From Candidatus Saccharicenans subterraneus (GTDB lineage Bacteria > Acidobacteriota > Aminicenantia > Aminicenantales > Saccharicenantaceae), in NCBI GenBank assembly GCA_003426165.1, contig QUAH01000006.1:134685-198684 (forward strand): a stretch of 64,000 nucleotides of DNA, in the 5' to 3' direction. The translations under genes and the position numbers were made by a program. This document shows positions 54,008 to 62,548 of this stretch, piece by piece. Numbering within the stretch: position 1 is the first letter of the stretch; every line of letters starts with the position of its first letter. The notes under the pieces were generated by a model that saw only the letters and a program-made list of their open reading frames with translations, was not told the origin of the DNA and did not search any database.

Positions 54008-54853
54008 TTAATATAAGACTTCCCCCCGGCCATAGGCAGAAATCATCTCCTCGATTTCCTTCAGGATCAGGTCGCGGCGGGCCAGCACAGAATTTATCTC
54101 CCTGGTGGTCAGATAGGAACCCACCGCCTGCCTGATGCTATCAAAGGTCAGGGCCTTCAATCTTTCCACAAATTCGGCTGGCAATCGTTTGAACGGCAGT
54201 GGAATTCCGCCCGGGCGCAGGGGCCGCAGCCCGTACATAAGGTTGTTAGTAAAACGGGCATCGGACCTGAAACTGCGGGAGTGGTCAATAAGTATGGTCC
54301 GCCAGTCTTCAGTGAGCAGGGTATTCTGCAGGCTCCGGTCTTCGTTGGCAATCAGAGAATCAAAGGCCCGGGTCAGATACTGCATCCTTTCCAGGTTAAC
54401 CGCCTCCCACCCCTCCTTTGGCAACTGGATTTTATTATCGACAATTTCCAGAAGGTCGTACTTGTGTTCCACCCAGAGCTGTAAAGAGCCGCGCTGACCC
54501 TGGAACCTCCTTTCCACCGTGGGCGGGATGAGGTTTAAGCCAAGCAACTTATCCAGGCGGTAGGCGGCAATTTCATACTGCCAGCCCTCGTAGTAACCGT
54601 TGATTACTCCGCTCGGGTTCTTCCAGACGGCAGTCAGCTCTGTATCTCCCTTTTTCAAGTAAACCCGAATGGGCAGAGTGATGCCTTTGCCCAGGTCCCG
54701 AAAGCCGGTTATTCTCGCCTTCAGAAGGAATTCTTCCTGTTCGCCCCGCCGGGCTATTTCATCCGTTGTGAACTGGGCGCGGGAACTCGAAAATGACAAT
54801 AACAGAACAAAAGTGGCGGTTAGCAAGTTCCTGGCAGCCGTTTTTAACTGCAA
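54008..54853 (-). CDS. Secreted PI3/PI4-kinase-fold protein, type II PI4-kinase-like, paralog 3 (TTG start)
   Basis: Signal peptide. AVWKNPSG, YRLDKLLGLNLIPPTV, GSLQLWVE, IANEDRSLQNTL, ILIDHSRSF. GGGGA RBS before the TTG. Confidence 0.58.
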   Translation of the reverse strand: MQLKTAARNLLTATFVLLLSFSSSRAQFTTDEIARRGEQEEFLLKARITGFRDLGKGITLPIRVYLKKGDTELTAVWKNPSGVINGYYEGWQYEIAAYRLDKLLGLNLIPPTVERRFQGQRGSLQLWVEHKYDLLEIVDNKIQLPKEGWEAVNLERMQYLTRAFDSLIANEDRSLQNTLLTEDWRTILIDHSRSFRSDARFTNNLMYGLRPLRPGGIPLPFKRLPAEFVERLKALTFDSIRQAVGSYLTTREINSVLARRDLILKEIEEMISAYGRGEVLY

Positions 54854-54973
54854 GGCTTTCCCCTTTGCTAATAGCCTAATATTTTTGCATTATTAAAGTC
54901 AAATTTAATATTTCATCTAAGGCCAGCAAAAATTTTAATTGATATGATAGAGTAGCTTCTGCTATAAACTGGG

Positions 54974-55837
54974 GTGAAAGAGGGCGAACCAATGAAAAAA
55001 CTGTTACTTCTGCTTTCGTTTCTGGTATTTCTTTCTGGCTGTTCTTCTGACCGGTACGCTCCCACCATCCGCTTTCCTTACAAATGGCCGGGCACCCCGG
55101 GTTTTGGCGGCAATATCGATCAGCAAAACATACCCGAGCCTTCGGGTCTGTGCTTCCATCCGCAGCGAAAGACTCTATTTGTGGTCAGCGACGAGGGCTG
55201 GCTTTACGAAATAACAACTGACGGAGCTCCAATTTTCAGCCAGCGGATTCCGGGCGACCTGGAAGCCATTGCCATCAACCCCAGGACGGGCCTGGTTTAC
55301 GTTGTAATTGAAGGAGATGATATCATCCTTGAATATGACCCGGATCGGCACGAGGTTACCCGTAGATTCCCGGTCAACAGAGCCTTCAACGGCGACCTGA
55401 ACTTTCTGCAAAAACAGGTCGAGGAATACGACAACGGCCTGGAGGCGCTGGCTTTTGTCCCGGATGAAAAGCATCCCGAAGGCGGGACCTTTTATGCCGG
55501 GAACCAATGGGACCCGCCCTGTATAGTTGAAATCGAAGTCCCCCTGAAATCAAGCCAGGCCCGGGAGGCCGAAGCCAGAATTATCAGGGTCCTGCCTTTC
55601 AAAATAGACGACCCCGCAGCCATGATTTACGACGAGGAAACCAGGCTTCTGCATATAGGCAGCGATGCCGATAATATCCTGGTTGAGATAACACTCGACG
55701 GGAAACTGGTAAGAGAATACGCCTTTCCAGGCGATAACCAGGAAGGTCTGGCCTGGGATGATAAGGGATACCTTTATATAGCGCAGGACTCAGGGGGCAT
55801 AATAAAAATCCAGGACCTGAGGAAAAAACGATCCTGA
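54974..55837 (+). CDS. YjiK / SdiA-regulated-family beta-propeller lipoprotein
   Basis: Lipobox LSGC. EPSGLCFHP..KTLFVVSDEG, DLEAIAIN, NGLEALAFVP, EGLAWDDKGYLYIA repeats resembling the YjiK family. Confidence 0.5.
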   Translation: MKEGEPMKKLLLLLSFLVFLSGCSSDRYAPTIRFPYKWPGTPGFGGNIDQQNIPEPSGLCFHPQRKTLFVVSDEGWLYEITTDGAPIFSQRIPGDLEAIAINPRTGLVYVVIEGDDIILEYDPDRHEVTRRFPVNRAFNGDLNFLQKQVEEYDNGLEALAFVPDEKHPEGGTFYAGNQWDPPCIVEIEVPLKSSQAREAEARIIRVLPFKIDDPAAMIYDEETRLLHIGSDADNILVEITLDGKLVREYAFPGDNQEGLAWDDKGYLYIAQDSGGIIKIQDLRKKRS

Positions 55838-55870
55838 TATTAAGGTCTTGGAAAGATCCGGAAACCTGGT

Positions 55871-57274
55871 TCAGGACCTTTCCGACTGTGTCCTTGCCCT
55901 CAGTTTTTTATATTCGCGGATTATAAGAAAACACAGGGATATCCAGATCAACACTCCCAGGATATTAACCCGGGCGAACTTTTCCACGCCAAAGGCCAGG
56001 TAAGTCGTGCCCAGAAAAATTCCCAGGGCGGCAATCACATCCCCTCCCCTGACAAAAAAGGTGTCGATGGCCGCCTTGGCTTTATATTTTTCTTCCCTGG
56101 AAGTAATCAGAAAGAGGGCATGCTTGGTGGTGTTCATCAGCGAATAGTCGGTGCCGTTTTCCAGGGCCTTAACCCACTTGATCAAAAGGAGTGAGGCCCC
56201 GACCGCGATAAACCCATAACCACCCAGGGCGATAAAAGGAAAAATAAGAAGAGCCCCGCCCACGCCAATCCACCTGAAAATCCGCGAAACCAGAAAAAGC
56301 TGCAGCACCAGGGCAATCAGGTTGGTCAGCAACTGGTACTCGGCAAAAAATTTCCCTATATATTCTTTCAAATCCAGGCCGCCGGCCAGGCCCGCCGCCA
56401 CGGCCTGGGTGGCCGTTCGGGTTACCACGTTGCTCAGTATGTATTCTCCGGTGGCATTTATGAAATTATAAAGACCGATGACCAGGGCAATCAATAGAAG
56501 GTAGCGGCTCTTGAAAACCAGGCGGAACCCCCCGCCTTTTTTGAGTGGCTTTTCCTGTTCAATTTTCTTTTGCTCCAGCTCGACCGGGGACAGCCCCACC
56601 CTCACGATATGTTGCAACTCTCTCTTGTGAATATGAATGGCCAGCAGGATGCATAAGCCCAGAATGGCGGCCGAAACCAGCATCAGGCTGTAAAGGCCAA
56701 TGGGCCTGATCAACCAGCCTGCTAACCGGCTGCCGAAAACGGCCCCGGAAGTAGCCCCGAAAGCAATCAATGGAAACAGCCTCCGGCCTTCCTCATCAGA
56801 ATACAGGTCGTTGGCAAAACCCCAGAACTGGGCCGGAACCAGCAGGTTATAGATTCCGATCCAGATGAAAAAGATGATGCCCATAGTTCCGAGAGGAATG
56901 CCCACCATACTTAGAATATAGAAAATTATCAGGTTGGAGATAAAGAACAGAGTTACCCAGGTTATCAACAGATGTCTGGGAACCCGGGAAGCCAGGTAGC
57001 TGAAGGCTTTAATCACCAGTATAAGCAAAATGGCCTGGGCTCCGGCCAGGTAACTTTTTATTTCCGCCCCTTTGCCGGCCAGAATCAGCGCGTCCCGGAC
57101 GGGTTTGATTATGTAATAGGCCAGCAGCAACAGGAAGATATTAAAGGTCAGCAGCAAGGCCTTGGAAGCCTCTCCCGGCCTGATATCGGTAAAGAGCCTG
57201 AGCAGCCGGTAACCGGGAGGGCAGGCTCGCTCAGAGTCACTTTTCTGTTTCGGGTCTGGGCCAACCTCTTTCAT
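55871..57274 (-). CDS. TLC-family nucleotide (ATP/ADP) translocase homolog, about 12 TM
   Basis: Polytopic membrane protein. N-terminal ...LLTFNIFLLLLAYYIIKPVRDALIL... Signature GTDYSLMNTTKHALFLITSREEKYKAKAAIDTFFVRGGD resembles the conserved KVKGKAAIDV region of Tlc/NTT transporters. Confidence 0.55.
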   Translation of the reverse strand: MKEVGPDPKQKSDSERACPPGYRLLRLFTDIRPGEASKALLLTFNIFLLLLAYYIIKPVRDALILAGKGAEIKSYLAGAQAILLILVIKAFSYLASRVPRHLLITWVTLFFISNLIIFYILSMVGIPLGTMGIIFFIWIGIYNLLVPAQFWGFANDLYSDEEGRRLFPLIAFGATSGAVFGSRLAGWLIRPIGLYSLMLVSAAILGLCILLAIHIHKRELQHIVRVGLSPVELEQKKIEQEKPLKKGGGFRLVFKSRYLLLIALVIGLYNFINATGEYILSNVVTRTATQAVAAGLAGGLDLKEYIGKFFAEYQLLTNLIALVLQLFLVSRIFRWIGVGGALLIFPFIALGGYGFIAVGASLLLIKWVKALENGTDYSLMNTTKHALFLITSREEKYKAKAAIDTFFVRGGDVIAALGIFLGTTYLAFGVEKFARVNILGVLIWISLCFLIIREYKKLRARTQSERS

Positions 57275-57285
57275 TTCTCCCCCTG

Positions 57286-58101
57286 TTAATTTTTCTTCCT
57301 GGTAAACAGGATGGCTTCCTCGCCCTGTTCTTCTATCAATTTCTTTATTGCGGCTATTATAAGATCCTTCCTTTCGAGCAACGCTTCTATTTCCTGTTCG
57401 CTAAGGTAAGGCTTGAGTTTGTTGGTCAGCAGCCCGGGGTCCAGCCGGCTCAGGCTGTTAAACAATTCCCTGGAGCACCTGCGGATTGGACAGTCCGTAA
57501 GCAGCTCCGGAACCGGGGCGAAACTTTCAGAAAAATCAATTCGCCAGACCTGCCAGGTGTTCATGCTTATCAGGATGTCGTCCTGGTCCAGGCACTGGTC
57601 ATAAACCAGATTCTCGAAAACCACCACTTCGGCCAGGGCCTGCTGGAAAGCTTCTTCATCCGGCGGATTCAGTCCTTTCCTCTGCCGCTGGGCTTCGGTT
57701 ATTACCCCGGTCAGCATGACCTGCAGGGAACCGCTGCGGCCATCCAGCTTTCTGACCACCACAGGCGGCATGAGCTCCAGGTCGAGCAGCTTATTCAGCT
57801 CATAAGCAGCCAGCTCATAGAAATAGCTGTCCGGGATCATGGCCGGTCGGGGCCGGTGGACGTACTTAAAAATGGCCCGCCCTTTCATCCGTCCATCATC
57901 CAGGCTGACAACCCAGGGAGCAGTCCGGCCGCCGGCCTGTCCCTTGCTGACCCTGACCACCCTGGCCTTACTCAGGAAATTCTCCAACTGTTCCCGCTCC
58001 TTCTGATCACCAAATAAGTAATCTGAGGCAACCATAAAAAACCCCCAGACCATGGCCATCATTACCAGCCCTGTCTTAAATAAATTTTTATTATTTTCCA
58101 T
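57286..58101 (-). CDS. Secreted/anchored PI3/PI4-kinase-fold protein, type II PI4-kinase-like, divergent paralog 4
   Basis: Shares N-terminal REQLENFL, AIFKYVHRP (Lys), YELNKLLDLELMPPVV, GSLQVMLTG and ...RIDFSESF with paralogs 1-3. The catalytic loop is degenerate (CLDQDDILISMN). Start placed at the internal ATG at 58101 with a GGGGGA RBS. The track start at 58134 would overlap the upstream gene by 44 nt. Confidence 0.5.
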   Translation of the reverse strand: MENNKNLFKTGLVMMAMVWGFFMVASDYLFGDQKEREQLENFLSKARVVRVSKGQAGGRTAPWVVSLDDGRMKGRAIFKYVHRPRPAMIPDSYFYELAAYELNKLLDLELMPPVVVRKLDGRSGSLQVMLTGVITEAQRQRKGLNPPDEEAFQQALAEVVVFENLVYDQCLDQDDILISMNTWQVWRIDFSESFAPVPELLTDCPIRRCSRELFNSLSRLDPGLLTNKLKPYLSEQEIEALLERKDLIIAAIKKLIEEQGEEAILFTRKKN

Positions 58102-59143
58102 GGTTAATCCCCCACAGGGAGAACTGGCCGTCATTTATGATCAGAGCCCTCATATGACCGCCGTAGGCCCGGGAGATTCCTGTATCAACGATCCAGATCT
58201 TCCCCCCGAATCTTCTCATATCATTGATGGTCAGGACCAGGCGAGGAGTATGGGCCACTATGATCTGCCTGGCCTCCAGGTTATTCAGGATACGGTCAAC
58301 CTGTTCCTCTGAAACGCTGCCATTGGCCAGGGCCAGCTCCCGGTACCAGAGAGGCCCGTTGCTCCTGTAGACAATTTCCAGTTTCATATCAGTCGGAGGC
58401 GACAGGTTCAGAATCGCTTTCTGAAAGACCGAGAGTTCATACCGGAGCCTGTTGTTTATGTCTTCAAGTTTCCACTTTGAGAATTCTTCGCTTATACCAC
58501 CGTGAACGAAGACGGTGTCATTAATCTTTATGACAGCATTCTTACGGGCAATCCATTTTCCGTATTTCTGGTTAAAATTGATCAGGTATTTTTGCCTGGC
58601 TTCCTGGTCAAAATCTATTACTTCCTGCCAGAGGCGTCTGATATCCCTCCCCCTCCTGGCCTTCTTTTCCAGCTCTTTCTGCTTCCTGGCCAGGTAATCC
58701 TCTGGAAGAAACGAGATAAACTGCTCAACGGTAACATAATCCTCATAATCGAAGGCGATCCCGGTGATGTTCATTTCTTCGTGATTGCCGATCAACATCT
58801 GCACCTGACCGCCGGCAGCTTCGGCCTCCGTTTCCAGCTTGCGAATTAAGTCAAAGATCTTGCGGGCATCGGGACCGCGGTCCAGGACATCTCCGGTCTG
58901 AACCAGAAAAGCCTGTCCACCCTTCCAGCTCAAGCTGGAATCAACCAGTCCTACCCCCTTCAGTATCTCGACAAAATGCTCGTAATCGCCGTGCAGGTCC
59001 CCGACCACCACGATCTTTTCCACCCCGCTCCAGCGGCAGGGAATTTGCTCGGCGGGAAGAACAGGCCGGGTCAGCCAGACCAGCCAAAGCAGTAAATAGA
59101 GAACCTTCTGGCCAGCCCTTTTTCTCTGGAAGATTTTATTCAT
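58091..59143 (-). CDS. Secreted PPP-family metallophosphatase (calcineurin-like / ApaH-like Ser/Thr phosphatase fold)
   Basis: Signal peptide. GDLHGD, GDVLDRG, GNHE signature triplet. Confidence 0.7.
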   Translation of the reverse strand: MNKIFQRKRAGQKVLYLLLWLVWLTRPVLPAEQIPCRWSGVEKIVVVGDLHGDYEHFVEILKGVGLVDSSLSWKGGQAFLVQTGDVLDRGPDARKIFDLIRKLETEAEAAGGQVQMLIGNHEEMNITGIAFDYEDYVTVEQFISFLPEDYLARKQKELEKKARRGRDIRRLWQEVIDFDQEARQKYLINFNQKYGKWIARKNAVIKINDTVFVHGGISEEFSKWKLEDINNRLRYELSVFQKAILNLSPPTDMKLEIVYRSNGPLWYRELALANGSVSEEQVDRILNNLEARQIIVAHTPRLVLTINDMRRFGGKIWIVDTGISRAYGGHMRALIINDGQFSLWGINHGK

Positions 59144-59313
59144 GAAATCTCACCCGGGGTAACCATCATTGCCGCTTTCCCCTGTTCTTATCCTACTTTC
59201 TTCCTATACCTAAACGTCCTTAAAGTCAAATAAAATTCGTTGCTGCCGGGCAAAAAAATTATTTATTTTGCATAAAAAACATATTAGAATAAATTGTGGA
59301 AAGGGGAATTATC

Positions 59314-59607
59314 ATGATTGCCCGAGTAACTATTTTTCACGTCAAGCCAGAGAAGGTAGAAGAGGCCATCAAGCTTTACGAAACCAGCGTCATCCCGGAC
59401 GCCAAGAAGCAAAACGGCTTCGCCGGAGGATATCTCCTCACCGACCGGGCCAGTGGCCGGGGAATGTCCCTGACCTTCTGGCAAACCCAGGAAGACGTCA
59501 CGGCCAGCGAAGAGAACCTTCACTACCAGCAGCAGCTGCTCAAATTTCTGGAAATGTTTGCCTCTCCGCCCATCAAGGAACAATACGCCATCAGCCTTGA
59601 GTTTTAA
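59314..59607 (+). CDS. Small ABM/Dabb-like (dimeric alpha+beta barrel) protein
   Basis: 97 aa from the ATG at 59314 (AAGGGGAA RBS 5 nt upstream). MIARVTIFHVKPEKVEEA... pattern typical of antibiotic-biosynthesis-monooxygenase-like stress proteins. Confidence 0.4.
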   Translation: MIARVTIFHVKPEKVEEAIKLYETSVIPDAKKQNGFAGGYLLTDRASGRGMSLTFWQTQEDVTASEENLHYQQQLLKFLEMFASPPIKEQYAISLEF

Positions 59608-59685
59608 GGACGCGCATTCAGGGATTTTAGGTGATTGTGACAAGAATTAAAAGTGGTGGAAAACGCCATTGACAGGGAGTGAAAG

Positions 59686-60033
59686 GTGAAAATATCAACC
59701 AGAGAAATTAACGACATTCTGATCGTCGACATCGAGGGAGAAATCAGGAGGTCAGACATCACCGACATGACCCTCCATCAATGGATCAAGCAGCAACTGG
59801 AAAGGGGCAAAAGGAAAATCTTGCTCAACTTCGAAAAGGTAGAATTCATCGACAGCTTCGGCGTGGGCGAAATCCTGGCCAGTTACATCTCGGCCAACAA
59901 CCTCGGCGGTAAGCTGAAGCTGGTCAGGATTTCCAAGAAGCTCTACCTGATCTTCCAGGTAACCATGCTGACCAGGGTGCTGGAAATATATGACGACGAA
60001 CAGGTGGCCCTGGAGAGCTTTTTCAAAGAGTGA
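59686..60033 (+). CDS. STAS-domain anti-sigma-factor antagonist (SpoIIAA/RsbV-like)
   Basis: 115 aa. ILIVDIEGEI..., conserved IDSFGVGEIL (phosphorylatable Ser region). Confidence 0.7.
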   Translation: MKISTREINDILIVDIEGEIRRSDITDMTLHQWIKQQLERGKRKILLNFEKVEFIDSFGVGEILASYISANNLGGKLKLVRISKKLYLIFQVTMLTRVLEIYDDEQVALESFFKE

Positions 60034-60061
60034 GTCTCCCTCCTGTCGCGGGGAATAAGAA

Positions 60062-62539
60062 TTGACAGATGAACCCAGCCGGCTCCACGGGTTCCTTTCC
60101 CGCCTGGTGGAGATCAAGCCGGGAGAGGAAAGAATTACCCTTTTACTTTTCTTCTATTTTTTCCTGATCACTGCCGCCTACTCGATCATAAAATCCCTGA
60201 GGGTGGCCAGCTATCTGGACTCCCTGGGGGCTGATAAACTCCCCCTGGCCTATCTCCTGACCGCCGTGTCGATCGGCCTGGTGGTAGCCATTCATTCCAA
60301 ACTCCAGGCCAGCTTATCCAGGTTAAACCTTATAATTTTCAGCCTGGCCTTTTTCATCCTGACGGCGGTGTTATTCTGGCTGCTGTTCAGCCTCGGCTGG
60401 GCCTGGCTATCCCTGGCTTATTACATCTGGGCCAATATATTTCTGGCCGTGGTCATCACCCAGTTCTGGATAGTGGTCAACGATATTTTCAACCCCAGGG
60501 AAACCAAGCGCCTGGTGGGCCTTTTCGGAAGCGGCGGTATCCTGGGGGGCATCCTGGGAGGCGAAGCTACCGGACTCATGGCCAGGGCCAGTGTTGATAC
60601 CAGACTTCTTTTTCTGGCCTGCGGTTTTCTGCTTCTAACCATTGTTGTGGTCTACCTGATAGCTGACTGGCAAAAGAGATCGGGCCGGGGACCTTCTCAA
60701 GACTCCACAGAATCCACCCAACAGAACGGGAAGACCGAGCGGGTGGGATTCAGGGAGTGCCTGCGGACTGTTATCGGACAGCGTTACTTCCGGCTGCTGG
60801 CCGGCGGCATAGCCCTGAGCCTGATAGTCTCCACCTTTATCGACTGGCAGTTCAGCAAGGTGGTCGAAGGAACAGCCAGCCTTGGAGACAGACTGACCTC
60901 GTTCTTCGGGCATTTCAATGCCGGCCTGCTGGTGGTAGCCTTTTTCATTCAACTTTTCCTTACCAGCCGGTTTGTCCAGAAATTCGGGATCAGGTTTTCT
61001 TTCCTTATCTATCCTTCAGTCCTGATCATAGTTCTGACCGGGTTAACCGCGCTGCCAGCCAGCCTGCTGATGGCCCTGACTCTGAAGGCCTCTGATAAGA
61101 GTCTTTCCTATACCCTGAATCAATCCGTCAGGGAACTGCTCTACATCCCGGTTTCCCCCGAGGTCAAATACAAGGCCAAGATCTTCATTGACATGTTCCT
61201 CAACCGCTTTGCCAAGGGGCTGGGAGGGGTCCTGCTGATGGCCCTTCTCTACTTCAGCCTCAATCTTCGTTTTATCAGCCTGGTGACCATCCTGTTGATC
61301 CTGGGCTGGATGGCGGTCAATCTCCAGGTCACCAGGGAATACGCGGCCGTGGTCAGGAATAAATTAAAAAAGAAGTGGGACCGGGCCGAAAAGGCAGTGG
61401 CCGAGCAACTGGACCTGGACTACCTGAAACTGGCCTTTGACACCCTGGACACTCGCCGGCGAAGCCGGGAACTTCTGGCCATGGACATATTTGACCTCAT
61501 GAAGCAAGATAAACTCCGCCCTGAATTAAAAGAGCTGCTTACCTCAAACCTTTCTGAACCCGGGGTTTCCTCGCTCGGTACCCTGTTTGAAGAAGAAGCC
61601 CTGGCCCTGTCTGAATGGCCCGCGGGTGAGAACGAAGACCTCCTTAAAAAGGAAGTGGATGAAATTCTGTCCCTGGAAGCCTACCAGGAACTTATAAAGG
61701 AATATATCCGAAGAGTCGTGGCGGATAAGAAGCCCGGCACAGAAATTATGAGGATGGAAGCAGCCAAGCTCTTCAGCCTGATGCCAGCGAACTTCGTGCC
61801 GGCCGAGGAACTGGCCGAGTTACTCGGGGATGAATCGCCAGAGGTCAGCCGCCTGGCCATGGACAGCGCTGCCCGGTCCGGGCAGAAGGAACACCTAGAA
61901 ACCATCATCAGAAAACTGAAGGATCCGGTGACCAGAGAGGACGCCGTCTCGGCCCTTCTAACCTTCGGCTCCAAAATTACCGGCACTCTGTCGGATTACC
62001 TCGAAGTCGAGGAACTGGACCTTGAGGTCAAGAAGGCCATAATAAACGTTCTCTCGCGGATGGCCACCCAGGAAGCCGCCGACCTGCTGGCCCTCGAGCT
62101 TCAGAAAAATCAGCCGGAGCTTGATGGGGAACTGATTGAGGCCCTGGACAGGATTCATCATCTTAAACCCGAAATATCAATCCCGGCAGAAATCTCAAGG
62201 AAGAAATTAAAAGAGGAAATAGAGAGGCATTGTCAGCTATTGCTGGCAACGCTGGATAGCCAAGGGCCACTTGGGGAGGAAGCAGAAAAAGAGCTGGTCC
62301 GGTCCCAGTCGGATATTTTCAAATTACTCGGGTTTCTCTATCCCGGGGATGACATCAGCCGGGCCTGGCAGAATTTCCGGACCGGAACCAAAGACTCCAG
62401 AGCCTACGCCCTCGAACTCCTCGATAATATTCTGATTAAATCCGACCGGGAGATGGTTCTGCCGCTGCTGGAAGATCTGCCACCCTCGGACCGGTTAAAA
62501 AGAGTTCGAACCCTGCTTGATGAATTGGGAAAAACATAG
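60062..62539 (+). CDS. TLC-family nucleotide translocase homolog fused to C-terminal HEAT/PBS-lyase-like repeat domain (825 aa, TTG start)
   Basis: N-terminal 430 aa polytopic, with SDKSLSYTLNQSVRELLYIPVSPEVKYKAKIFIDMF (TLC signature region) paralogous to the 55871-57274 protein. The C-terminal 390 aa consist of repeated LLxDxxPxVRxxAxxAL-type alpha-helical repeats. Confidence 0.55.
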   Translation: MTDEPSRLHGFLSRLVEIKPGEERITLLLFFYFFLITAAYSIIKSLRVASYLDSLGADKLPLAYLLTAVSIGLVVAIHSKLQASLSRLNLIIFSLAFFILTAVLFWLLFSLGWAWLSLAYYIWANIFLAVVITQFWIVVNDIFNPRETKRLVGLFGSGGILGGILGGEATGLMARASVDTRLLFLACGFLLLTIVVVYLIADWQKRSGRGPSQDSTESTQQNGKTERVGFRECLRTVIGQRYFRLLAGGIALSLIVSTFIDWQFSKVVEGTASLGDRLTSFFGHFNAGLLVVAFFIQLFLTSRFVQKFGIRFSFLIYPSVLIIVLTGLTALPASLLMALTLKASDKSLSYTLNQSVRELLYIPVSPEVKYKAKIFIDMFLNRFAKGLGGVLLMALLYFSLNLRFISLVTILLILGWMAVNLQVTREYAAVVRNKLKKKWDRAEKAVAEQLDLDYLKLAFDTLDTRRRSRELLAMDIFDLMKQDKLRPELKELLTSNLSEPGVSSLGTLFEEEALALSEWPAGENEDLLKKEVDEILSLEAYQELIKEYIRRVVADKKPGTEIMRMEAAKLFSLMPANFVPAEELAELLGDESPEVSRLAMDSAARSGQKEHLETIIRKLKDPVTREDAVSALLTFGSKITGTLSDYLEVEELDLEVKKAIINVLSRMATQEAADLLALELQKNQPELDGELIEALDRIHHLKPEISIPAEISRKKLKEEIERHCQLLLATLDSQGPLGEEAEKELVRSQSDIFKLLGFLYPGDDISRAWQNFRTGTKDSRAYALELLDNILIKSDREMVLPLLEDLPPSDRLKRVRTLLDELGKT

Positions 62540-62548
62540 GCGTTGACA

